Shown in pieces: positions 44,101-53,384 of a DNA stretch of 63,793 nt; the stretch's first letter is position 1, and each line of letters opens with the position of its first letter. A program made the translations under genes and the position numbers. The stretch covers positions 1 to 63,793 of the forward strand of contig JAJZLH010000005.1 of the NCBI GenBank assembly GCA_021803575.1, written 5' to 3'. Source of the DNA: Bacillota bacterium. Lineage in GTDB: Bacteria > Bacillota > Sulfobacillia > JAJZYS01 > JAJZLH01. A model generated the notes under the pieces. The model searched no databases and had not been told where the DNA came from. It was given only the letters and a program-made list of their open reading frames with translations.

Positions 44101-47100
44101 CGCCCTCGATCAGCACCTGGCTGCCGGCGGCGATGTACATGGCGCCGCCCATGGCAGCGGCGCCAGAGCTGCCGTCAAGGCCGGGTGCGCCGCCCTGGCC
44201 GTCTGTGCCGGCGCCGTTCTGGCCGGGTGCGCCGGCGGCTCCGTCCGCTCCGGCCGAACCGGCCGGAGCCTGCACCTGACCTCCGCTCACATTGATGCCG
44301 ACCAGCGTCAGCTGGCCGCCCTCCACATCGAACACCCGCTCGATCCAGCCGGTGGCCTCCGCCGCCTGGATCGAGCCGAAGACCGGTGTCGGCGGCCCCT
44401 CCAGGTTCACGGCCTGGCCGCCAGCATCCAGCGTCACGGTCAGGCCGGCGGGGACGGTCAGGGTCTGGGAGAGCTGGATGGTGCCGCTGCAGGCGAAGGC
44501 GATGTAGCCGCCAGCCGCGAAAGCACTCTGCAAGGTGGGGTCGTCGCAGGTCTGGATCAGGGTGGTGGCGTTGGTGAGGTCCAGGCTTAAGGTGCCGCTC
44601 ACGCCCTGGGCCTGGGCCGTGACCTGGTACGGCCCGGTCTGGCTGCCCGCCATCACCTGCACCTCGGCCGTGCCATCCTGTAGGGTGGTGGCGGTGCTGA
44701 CGCCATTGGCGAAGGTGGCGCTCGCGCCGCTGCCGGGAGCGGTGAAGGTGACGGTCTGACCCGAGACGGGGTTGCCGAAGGCGTCCGAGAGCGTCACCTT
44801 CAGGTCCTGGCTGAACCAGCGGCCGGAGAGCTGGACCTGCCCATCGCCGCCGGAGACGGTGAGGGTGCTGGCGGCTCCGGCCAGGTTGGTGAGGTCGAAG
44901 GTGGTGAAGGTGCTGTAGCCGGTCAAGAGCGCCGTCACGGTGAAGGACCCGGCCGTGTCGGTGGCCGTGAGCGCCGGCGCCACGGCCAGGCCGCTGCCGT
45001 CGGTGTTGACCGTGGCAGAGGTAGCGCCGCCGGCGAAGGTGGCCCCGGCGCCCAGGCTGGGGTGCACCGTGAAGGTGACCGACGCTCCGCCCACCGGGTT
45101 GCCGAGGCTGTCGTCGACGGTGGCCGTGAGCTGGTTCGCCACCGCCGTGCCGACGGTCGTGCTCTGGTTGTTGCCGGAGCTGACCGTGATGGTGGCGGGC
45201 ACCCCGGCCGGGTTCTGGGCGACTTGCAGGCCCTGGGCGAAGACGACGCCGCCGATAGTGAGGGCGACGGTGTAGGTCTGGCCAACGGTGGCCTGGGGGA
45301 CGGTGAAGGTGCAGGAGAGGTTGCCGTAGGCATCGGTGCTGCAAGGCTGGGAGAGGGTGAGCGGTGAGCCGCCGAAGCTGGCCGCCGTGACGGCGGTGCT
45401 GGCCGGCAGGCCGCTGCCGCTCACCGTCTCGCTGACGCCGCTGTACTCGCCGCCCGAAAAACTCAGGCCGTACGTGTAGACCTGCACCGCCGCGCCGCCG
45501 ATGAAGACACCGTCGGTGGCATCGACCGCTCCGATCAGGATGGTGCCGGCCTGGCCATAGCCGCCGGGGAGGCTGACCGTGAAACTGGCATCGCCGTTGG
45601 CGCCGCTGGTGGCGCTGGCCGGCGACACCTGCCAGCCGTACATGCTCTGGGGCGTGTACACCGAGACAGTGACCGTCTTGCCCGAGATCGGCGTGCCTGC
45701 ACCGTCGGCCAGGAACACCACGGCTGTGGTCGAGGGCGACTGTCCGCTCGACTGGTTGAAGACGATCGGGGACGGCGTCACGGTCAGCGTCGAGCCGGCC
45801 AGGGCGCTGGGCAGGCTCAGGGCGGTGATGGCGTAGTCCGGGGTGCTGGCCTGACTGAGATCGGCCGAGGTGCTGACCGCGAGCTGGTCTGCGGTCGCCG
45901 TGACCGGCGGGTTGGCCACGCCGCTGATGGTGACGGTCACCGCCGTGGAGTCAGGGATGACGGTGCCGCTGCCGGCCAGGGTGATGGTGATGCTGGATCC
46001 GCCGCTTGCGTAGACGCTTTGCACCTGAAGACTGCCGCTGGGGTCCGACACCGCGTAGTCGGCGGCCTGGGTGGGCAAGCCGGTGCCGAGCGGCGCCGTC
46101 AGCGTGATGGTCATGCCGTAGGGGTTGGTGCTGGTGATGGCGCCGACGCTGCTGGTGGCGAAGGCGAGCGTGTAGGTGACGCCCGCCTCCCCCTGCACGG
46201 CGCTGGAGAGCTGGAGCGTCGGAGCCTGCACGGCCGTGCCCACCACGCTGAGCTGGCCGGTCCAGGTGGCGGTCTGGCTGGTGGCCGTGTCCGTGGCCTG
46301 GATGGACAGGCCGACGGTGTCCCCGGCGTCGGTGAGGGCCGGCGTGCCGCTGAGCAGGCCGCCAAGAGACAGGCTGAGGCCCTGGGGCAGGCTGCCGGAG
46401 GTGAGCGCCCAGCTGTAGCTGCCGGAGCCGCCCGAGGCCGCAAACTGCTCTGAGTAGGGGGTGTTGCTGGCGGCCTGGGGCAAGGTTGTGGCCGTGCTGA
46501 TGGTGAGCGCGGCCTCGGCACCGATGTCGAAGCTGGCGCTGGTGGCACCGGTGAGGCCGCTGGCGCTGGCTAAGAGGGTGTAGGCGCTCCCCGGCTGGCT
46601 GATGGCGCAGCCGGCGAAGCTGGCGACGCCGGCGGTGGCTGCCAGCGGGTTGGTGCTGCAGCTCAGGGCACCGCTGCCCGGGTTGGCGGAGATGGCGAGA
46701 CTGACGCTGGCGCTCGACGCCGCCACGGTGTTGCCGCCGGCGTCTTCCACCGTGACCACGGGCTGGGTGGGCCAGGCGGCGACGGCACTGCCGCCGCCGG
46801 GCTGGACCGTGAAGTCCAGCTGGGCGGCCGGCCCGACCGTGACGTTGAAGCCGGCGCTCTGGGCACTGGTCAGGCCAGAGGCACTGGCGGTGAGGGTGTA
46901 GCCGCTGGCCGCCTTGTTGATGGCGCAACCGGAAAAGCTGGCGATGCCGCCCACGGCGGCCACCGCATTACTGACGCAGGTCAGGGTGGCGCCGCCCGGG
47001 CTGGTGATGGCGAGGGTGACCGTGGCGGTGGAGCTGACCGGATTGCCGGCCCCATCCTCGACCGTGACCTGGGGCTGCACGCTGAGCGCGCTGCCGCCGG

Positions 47101-49648
47101 TGCCGTCGCCGGGCTGGGTGCTGAAGGTGAGCTGGCTGGCAGCTCCGGCCGTGATCACATACGGCGGCGAGGCAACTGGCGACTGGTCGGCCGAGGTCAT
47201 GACATTCATGCTGACGCCGCCGGTCGAGGCCGGGTTGGTGACGCCGGCGATCACCACCGTCACCTGGCCGTCGTCTCCCACACTCACACCGGTCGGCACG
47301 GTGATTTGGCTGTAGTCCCCATACGAGGTTGTTACGGCGGTGGCGCTCACCCCGTTCACGGTGTAGGCAGAGGGGGTGGATGGGAAGACGGTGCCGGTTG
47401 GCGCCAGGAGGTAGACGGCCTGGCTGACGGTGAGTCCGCTGGTGGCCGTGAAGCTGACCGTGTACTGGGTACTGGCGGAAACCGTGGCCGAAGACGGCGT
47501 GACGGTGAGGCCGGACACGGTGGAGACCGGCACGGCGGCCAGCCCGACCAGAGCGGTCGGCAAGGCCGCCTTGGCCGTCCAGCTGCCCTGGGCCGGCTGG
47601 AAGGCGACGACGGTGGCGAGTTCGCTGCTCGACCCGTTCTGGCCGCCCAGGGCGTAGATCTCACCGTCCCCGCCCATCACGGCGGCGAGGCCGCTTGACG
47701 CCTCGGGCATCGCCGTCTCGCTCTGCCAGGCGTTGGTGGCCGGATTGTACGCCTCCACAGTGGCCAGTGCGCCGCTCGCGCCCTGGCCGCCGATGGCGTA
47801 GACGAGGCCGGTGCTTGGGTCATAGACGGCGGCCAGATCGGCTCGGGCGGTCGGCATCGCCGTCTCGCTCTGCCAGGCGTTGGTGGCCGGATTGTACGCC
47901 TCCACAGTGGCCAGGGCGCCGCTCGCGCCCTGGCCGCCGATGGCGTAGACGAGGCCGGTGCTTGGGTCATAGACGGCGGCCAGGCCGGATCGGGCGGTCG
48001 GCATCGCCATCTCGCTCTGCCAGGCGTTGGTGGCCGGATTGTACGACTCCACCGTGGACAGCGCCGTGCCGCCGCTGTCCTGGCCGCCGATGGCGTAGAC
48101 GAGGCCGTTTGCCGAGTCGTAGACAGCGGCCAGGCCAGCTCGGGCAGTCGGCATGGCCATCACCGTCTTCCAGGCATTGTTCAGCGGGTTGTCCGCCTCC
48201 GCTGTGTCCAGCACCGTACCGGCGCCGTTCTCGCCGCCCAGGGCGTAGATCATCCCGTTCGCAGGGTCGGCGGCGGCGGCCAGCTGGGTGCGCGCGATCG
48301 GGAGCACCGGTACCTGCGACCAGCCATTGGCCGCCAGCACATCGACACTCATGGCGTAGCTGACGCCGCCAGCAGCACTCCCGCCCATGGCGTAGATGGC
48401 GCCGGAGGCGACCAGGGGGCTGACCGTGAACGGCGGGCTGGTGGCCGGGGCGAGGCCCGTGGCGCTGGCTGAGAGCTGGTAGGTGAGGCCGGCCTGGTCG
48501 ATCGAGCAGCCGCTGAAGGCGGCATCGCCGGCGACCGCGGCCATGGAGAGGCCGCCGCTGCAGGTCAGGGAGCCGTGCGACGGGTTGGCGTAGATGGCCA
48601 GGGTGACGGTGGCGCTTCCGGCTCCGGTCTGGTTGCCGTAGGCGTCCTCCTCGACCACGTTGGGCTGGTCGCCGGAGGGCCAGACCAGTCCGGCCGTCCC
48701 TCCCAGCGAACCGCTGAAGGCCAGCTGGCTGGCCTGGCCGGGGGCGATCGTGTAGTCGGGCGAGTTCACCGGTGCGGTGTCGGCCGAGGTGCTGACCGAG
48801 AGCACCTGGCTGGTGCTGGCCTGCTGGGGGTTGGTGACGGCGCTCGCCGCCACCGAGATCTGGTCGCCGGCATTGATGGCATTGGGCACGGCGAAGGTGG
48901 TGAGGCCGGAACTGACCGTCGGCGCCGCCACCACCGTGCCGCTGGCCAAGGGGGACGTGAGATCGGTGATCACGTAGTCGGCAGCCTGGGACGGAAAGCC
49001 GGTGCCAAGCGCCTGGAAGCTGACGGTACCACCTGCGGGCAGGGCGCTGTAGACGGTGAAGGTGACGGTATAGACGCTGGTGGCGCCAGCCGTGTCCGGC
49101 GCCGGGCTGACCGTCACACTGGACACCGAGCTGCCGCCCGGGCCTGGTCCTGAGCCCGGGCCGGGACCGGGGCTGGATCCGCCGCCGAGCACCGCCAGCA
49201 CCAGGCCCTGGTCGCTCGAGGTGCTGATCCCGACCGTGGTGGGGGCGGTCGGATTGGTGAGGTTGGCCAGCGAGATCACCACCGCCGTGCTGGCGGCGAT
49301 GGTCTGGCCGGACGCCAGGGTCAGCTGGAGCGTGCTGCCCGTCAGCTGCCCCGTGACCACCACCGGTGTGCCGCCAGCGCTCACCGTGTAGGTGGCGGCG
49401 GTCACGGTCAGGCCGGAGAAGCCCAGGGCGATCGCACCGCTGGGACCGCTGAGGCCGCCACTGGCACTGGTGGTGAAATCGACCTGGTAGGCGTCAGAGC
49501 CGGTGGACTGGAAGGAGGCGGCGCTGACCGACGTGGCGGCAGCCGCGGACTGGGCCGCTGGCAAGACGGCAGCCATGGCCAGGGCCAGACCGAGCAGGGC
49601 GCGCGACCAGCGCCGGAGGGCGCCTCTCGCGCCTCCCACCCGGCTCAT
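41120..49648 (-). CDS. Giant mosaic SLH-anchored surface protein (about 2842 aa): Ig-like repeats, Kelch propeller, He_PIG-like and Big_1-like domains, Gly-rich GGAI/FxxN (Pmp-like) region, IPT/TIG, three SLH
   Basis: Start set to ATG 49648 (MSRVGGARGALRRWSRALLGLALAMAAVLPAAQSAAAA signal). Kelch blades carry YAIGG/YALGG. LPQGLSLS..LSGTP and LPQGFSLDP motifs are present, as are repeated GGAIY...F.GN motifs. The IPT segment reads ASGPAAGGTAVTISGLHL. Three C-terminal FSDV/FTDV SLH repeats close the protein. Confidence 0.85.
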   Translation of the reverse strand: MSRVGGARGALRRWSRALLGLALAMAAVLPAAQSAAAATSVSAASFQSTGSDAYQVDFTTSASGGLSGPSGAIALGFSGLTVTAATYTVSAGGTPVVVTGQLTGSTLQLTLASGQTIAASTAVVISLANLTNPTAPTTVGISTSSDQGLVLAVLGGGSSPGPGPGSGPGPGGSSVSSVTVSPAPDTAGATSVYTVTFTVYSALPAGGTVSFQALGTGFPSQAADYVITDLTSPLASGTVVAAPTVSSGLTTFAVPNAINAGDQISVAASAVTNPQQASTSQVLSVSTSADTAPVNSPDYTIAPGQASQLAFSGSLGGTAGLVWPSGDQPNVVEEDAYGNQTGAGSATVTLAIYANPSHGSLTCSGGLSMAAVAGDAAFSGCSIDQAGLTYQLSASATGLAPATSPPFTVSPLVASGAIYAMGGSAAGGVSYAMSVDVLAANGWSQVPVLPIARTQLAAAADPANGMIYALGGENGAGTVLDTAEADNPLNNAWKTVMAMPTARAGLAAVYDSANGLVYAIGGQDSGGTALSTVESYNPATNAWQSEMAMPTARSGLAAVYDPSTGLVYAIGGQGASGALATVEAYNPATNAWQSETAMPTARADLAAVYDPSTGLVYAIGGQGASGALATVEAYNPATNAWQSETAMPEASSGLAAVMGGDGEIYALGGQNGSSSELATVVAFQPAQGSWTAKAALPTALVGLAAVPVSTVSGLTVTPSSATVSASTQYTVSFTATSGLTVSQAVYLLAPTGTVFPSTPSAYTVNGVSATAVTTSYGDYSQITVPTGVSVGDDGQVTVVIAGVTNPASTGGVSMNVMTSADQSPVASPPYVITAGAASQLTFSTQPGDGTGGSALSVQPQVTVEDGAGNPVSSTATVTLAITSPGGATLTCVSNAVAAVGGIASFSGCAINKAASGYTLTASASGLTSAQSAGFNVTVGPAAQLDFTVQPGGGSAVAAWPTQPVVTVEDAGGNTVAASSASVSLAISANPGSGALSCSTNPLAATAGVASFAGCAISQPGSAYTLLASASGLTGATSASFDIGAEAALTISTATTLPQAASNTPYSEQFAASGGSGSYSWALTSGSLPQGLSLSLGGLLSGTPALTDAGDTVGLSIQATDTATSQTATWTGQLSVVGTAVQAPTLQLSSAVQGEAGVTYTLAFATSSVGAITSTNPYGMTITLTAPLGTGLPTQAADYAVSDPSGSLQVQSVYASGGSSITITLAGSGTVIPDSTAVTVTISGVANPPVTATADQLAVSTSADLSQASTPDYAITALSLPSALAGSTLTVTPSPIVFNQSSGQSPSTTAVVFLADGAGTPISGKTVTVSVYTPQSMYGWQVSPASATSGANGDASFTVSLPGGYGQAGTILIGAVDATDGVFIGGAAVQVYTYGLSFSGGEYSGVSETVSGSGLPASTAVTAASFGGSPLTLSQPCSTDAYGNLSCTFTVPQATVGQTYTVALTIGGVVFAQGLQVAQNPAGVPATITVSSGNNQSTTVGTAVANQLTATVDDSLGNPVGGASVTFTVHPSLGAGATFAGGATSATVNTDGSGLAVAPALTATDTAGSFTVTALLTGYSTFTTFDLTNLAGAASTLTVSGGDGQVQLSGRWFSQDLKVTLSDAFGNPVSGQTVTFTAPGSGASATFANGVSTATTLQDGTAEVQVMAGSQTGPYQVTAQAQGVSGTLSLDLTNATTLIQTCDDPTLQSAFAAGGYIAFACSGTIQLSQTLTVPAGLTVTLDAGGQAVNLEGPPTPVFGSIQAAEATGWIERVFDVEGGQLTLVGINVSGGQVQAPAGSAGADGAAGAPGQNGAGTDGQGGAPGLDGSSGAAAMGGAMYIAAGSQVLIEGGAFSGNLAMGGVGGDGGAGGAGGIGGGGGGATESPTSAGSGGAGGVGGSGGSGGTAQGGAIYNLGSLTLKNVDFVGNRAVGGGGGMGNVGGQGGQGGLGVSGQTGPKGGSDVCINASAGGEGYPGGSGGAGGQGGASGVGGAGGAAMGGAIYSLGTLQITGGDFAGNQAEGSTGGYEQSAGINFGGIGGVGGNGGNGGQGGDVTVPATGCPHGTGSPGKGGDGGTGGASGNSAPGGVGGAGGDGGMAQGGAIWDGGSLSVDGTVFGDSQDGGNLASGGPGADGGPGGSAADGVQGSPGGGGPGGLTCGYTEAGLSQPVYGCTVPAGADGKGGVKPLKSLGAAGGLGGDGGNGGGAQGGAIYETAGASVQVSSLTFGGQSAYNGAANLASGGTGGAGGLGGYSKCGLTASQNGVEGFACTTMYGSAKRTYSGTDGLAGSGSGAQSFTAGQQNSQLEITTTSLPGGVAGGYYAAVVQATDGVAPYQWSATGLPQGFSLDPTYGIISATGQTTPGVYFFTVTVTDSSPTPETASETLSIALVAATAQTEGVDQVVSGSSNASDQSPDQSVTAGGAGTATPDTVAQVSGGTGSVAVTDYTTDPGVAASFNAAGQYFDVAVSTPATGGFQTVVISQCNVAAGTVLEWLDGSTWQAVAPAASYDAATGCLSFTATPATSPEIAQLTGTVFAVAIAPPPVRGGGAVAVAPALTAIQPASGPAAGGTAVTISGLHLTDARSVAFGTTPASSFTVVSDSEITALSPPGSGTVEVTVTTPAGTSPASAGDQFTYQAAVAAGPSFSDVTSGYWAYGAIETLAGKGVVSGFQDGSFRPAQAVTRAEFVKMLDLVLGLTPHSGQVPFSDVSASAWFDPYVAAALGAGIVQGTSATAFSPNAVLTRAQMAVMVARALKLATTATLSFTDVAQISPWARAGVEEAVAAGYVTGFPDGSFQPLALATRAQAAQLLALVLSHRPTTAGASSAPSVRAAMASGPQSTSKLK
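47706..48146. repeat. Three tandem 147-bp units (49-aa Kelch blades); units 1 and 2 nearly identical
   Basis: The GGCATCGCC unit start recurs at 47706, 47853 and 48000. Units 1 and 2 differ only at one base plus one short block (atcggct versus gccggat). Unit 3 is more diverged. Confidence 0.85.
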
Positions 49649-49913
49649 CGCCTGCTCTGGCCAAGACGCCCGGAACCCTCGGCCACGGCCATGGCGACCT
49701 CCCCTCGCTGCCGGCTGGCGGCGCCAGCATGCCTCTGGTCGGCCAGGGTGCGCCAGACTGGCTGATGCGCCCGCCTCCGCCGCCACCCTAACAGCCGCGC
49801 CTAGGCAGGGCAGTATCCAGGCAGTGCCATCGAAGTGCCATCTTTCAAGGGAGCGAGCGGGCGGGGCAACCCGCCCCGCCCGCTCTGTCACTCCCGAAGC
49901 TGTCTTTCGCTGC

Positions 49914-52256
49914 TCAGGTGAAGAGCAGTTCCGCCACCTCGGCCAGACCGTCCTTCAGCTTTCGGAAGTAAGTGCGCCGGCCCAGGTGCAGCTCGTCTGC
50001 CGCCGCCTCGTGCGGCCCCTCCCGGGAGACGTAGTAGCGGCGGAGGATCACCCCGCCTTCTCCCGCCTCAGCCAGGGCATCGAGGATCCACCCCCGCATC
50101 CGTCCCGCCGAGAGCGGCGGGAAGGCAGCCTCAAAGTAGCGCCCCGCCACGGAGCCGGTGAGACCCCCATCGCTATGAAACGCCTCCAGGACCCCTCTCG
50201 CCGCCTGGACGCGCTGACCCACCCCGATCGTGCCCGCCAGCTCCGGCCCGGCCATCTGCCGAAGCCAGGCGGCGAAGCGGGATGGCCCCAGCCGCAGGAT
50301 GAAGGCGGTGGCCGGCTCCGCCTCGCTGCCCGGCAGGGACGCCTCAAAGCCCGCCTGACGCTCGAAGCCGAGCAGATCGCAGGTGGTGCCCAGCTCCGAG
50401 GCGGGCGCCACCAAGAGCACCTGCTCGTAGCGGCCAAACTCGCCGCAGATCTCGCGCATCATGGCCGCCGCCAGCTCGGACCTGGGGTGGCGCAGGACCA
50501 GCTGGGCGGCCACCAGCAGCCGGCCCTCCAGGGCGTCCACCGCCTCCACGCTCAGCGTTCTCAGGTAGTCGCCGGCCAGGGGGTGGGCCAGGAGGGCCTG
50601 GCGCGTGCTGGGGCGGAGCGGCACGTTGATGTAGTAGCCGAGAATTTGGCCGGAGGGCCCGCGCGCCAGGGTGAATCCCTCGGGATAGACGGTGAGCAGT
50701 GCTTGGAGGTGGCCCTCCAGACCGGGAACCACCTTCTTGGGGTCCCCACCGTAGAACACGGCAGCCATGGTGGCGTCCAGGCACTCGGTCAAGCCGCCCA
50801 GGTCCGCCGGAGAGACACCGCGCTCGAAGTGCCACTGCTCTTTGTGCTCGACTTCCGGATGCAGCCAGCCGTGCCAGACGGTGTGGGTGGCCAGGTCGGC
50901 GATCACGCCCCAGGCCCCGACGTCGTCGGCCGCCAGTCCGTCGGCGGCCTCATCCAGGGTGTGGGCGATCGCCCGCTGTCGCCAGCGCCGCTCGGCCCAG
51001 GGCCGGTCGCGGGACAAGGCGGCGCGCAGCGACTGGCGAACGGCGTCGTGCAGGGTGTAGCGACCCTTGGCGGCCGTGGCCACGGCCGGCAGCTGGATCA
51101 GCTGGGGCCAGGCCTGGGCCACCGTGCCGGCGCCGACCATGGCGGCCAGGAGGCCGGGCTCGAAGGAGCGCAGCAGGGAGGCCGCCGCCAGGAGGTCCTT
51201 CAGTTCGGGCTGTCCCCACTCCGCCACCCACCTGGAGACGAGTCCACTGGCGACGGCACGCTCGCCGCTCTCATCGGCCCTGCCCTGCAGGTGGAGGTCG
51301 GCCGCCAGGTGGAGCAGGAGGGGGTGGCCGCCGGTGACGGACAGGATTCCCGTCTGTGCGCTCTCCGTGCCGATCCCGCGCCGGCGCAGCAGTTCTCTGG
51401 CGTCCGGCAGGGGGAGGTCGGCCAGCGGCAGTGGCGAGAACACCGCCTGCCAGGCCGGCTCGCCGCTATATAGCTCCACTGGCGAGCGCCGGCTGGTCAG
51501 CATGACCAGGATGCCAGGACCGAGGTGGGAGAGAATCTCCGCCCGTAGCCAGCGGTCGCAGGCCTGCCACTTCTCGTAGGCGTCGATGGCGAGGAGCAGA
51601 CCGGAGGAGGCGCCGATCCGGTTGATGCGCTCCACCACCTGCTCCGTCGACGGAAAGCTGGCGGTCCGGCCCTGCGCCTGCCGGGGCAGTGCAGCGGCCA
51701 GGGCGCGCACGATCTCTTCGGGTGTCCTCTCCACCACGGCGCCGTCCAGCTGAACCGCACGGAGGCCAGAAGCGGCGGCCTCACGGCAGGCGGCGTGCAG
51801 GAGCGCCGACTTGCCGATGCCGGCCGGGCCGTACACCATCAAGAGCACCGGCCTGGAGCGGGCCTCAGCCAGGGCAGCCGAAACGGCGGCCAACTCCGGA
51901 CCGCGGCCGGCGAACAGCCAGGTCTGGGCCGCCAGCACCTGATCGGCCACGGTGCTGGCGGTGCGATCGTCTCTGGCCCGCGCCGAGCGGCCAGGCTCAA
52001 CCGGCAGCGTCACGGCTGGCCGCGGGCTGGGAAAGCCCGCTCCTGGCCTGTTCCGACCCGGCGCCCCATCTCCACGCCCCCACCCCTGATCCGGCACTGG
52101 GCGGCCGTCCTCGCATTGCCGATACGTCTTGACCCCGCCACCGGACAGAGCCGGCCTCCGGTGAGAGCCCGTCACGCCCGGTGCCAGTCCCGAGCCCGCT
52201 CCCGCCCGCCTGCTCAGAGTCCCCGATCCAGCTCCTATCAGCCGGGTCAGGGCCAA
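49914..52256 (-). CDS. P-loop ATPase (AAA_16/STAND-like) with C-terminal HTH-like tail, unknown function
   Basis: Walker A LLMVYGPAGIGKSALL, Walker B-like GLLLAIDAYE, and a C-terminal ELHLGRRTYFRKLKDGL. The first ~100 aa of the track ORF is low complexity, so the true start is probably internal and is undefined. Confidence 0.5.
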   Translation of the reverse strand: MALTRLIGAGSGTLSRRAGAGSGLAPGVTGSHRRPALSGGGVKTYRQCEDGRPVPDQGWGRGDGAPGRNRPGAGFPSPRPAVTLPVEPGRSARARDDRTASTVADQVLAAQTWLFAGRGPELAAVSAALAEARSRPVLLMVYGPAGIGKSALLHAACREAAASGLRAVQLDGAVVERTPEEIVRALAAALPRQAQGRTASFPSTEQVVERINRIGASSGLLLAIDAYEKWQACDRWLRAEILSHLGPGILVMLTSRRSPVELYSGEPAWQAVFSPLPLADLPLPDARELLRRRGIGTESAQTGILSVTGGHPLLLHLAADLHLQGRADESGERAVASGLVSRWVAEWGQPELKDLLAAASLLRSFEPGLLAAMVGAGTVAQAWPQLIQLPAVATAAKGRYTLHDAVRQSLRAALSRDRPWAERRWRQRAIAHTLDEAADGLAADDVGAWGVIADLATHTVWHGWLHPEVEHKEQWHFERGVSPADLGGLTECLDATMAAVFYGGDPKKVVPGLEGHLQALLTVYPEGFTLARGPSGQILGYYINVPLRPSTRQALLAHPLAGDYLRTLSVEAVDALEGRLLVAAQLVLRHPRSELAAAMMREICGEFGRYEQVLLVAPASELGTTCDLLGFERQAGFEASLPGSEAEPATAFILRLGPSRFAAWLRQMAGPELAGTIGVGQRVQAARGVLEAFHSDGGLTGSVAGRYFEAAFPPLSAGRMRGWILDALAEAGEGGVILRRYYVSREGPHEAAADELHLGRRTYFRKLKDGLAEVAELLFT

Positions 52257-52286
52257 GCCGAGGGCAGGTACGGAGCCGGCGCGGAG

Positions 52287-53376
<1,090 letters not shown>

Positions 53377-53384
<8 letters not shown>

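Noticed and set aside
49503-51473. 656-aa plus-strand ORF (also 50699..51337 and 51795..53420)
   Set aside because: They are antisense to the P-loop ATPase gene and to rpoD. rpoD is certain and the shadows have no motifs.
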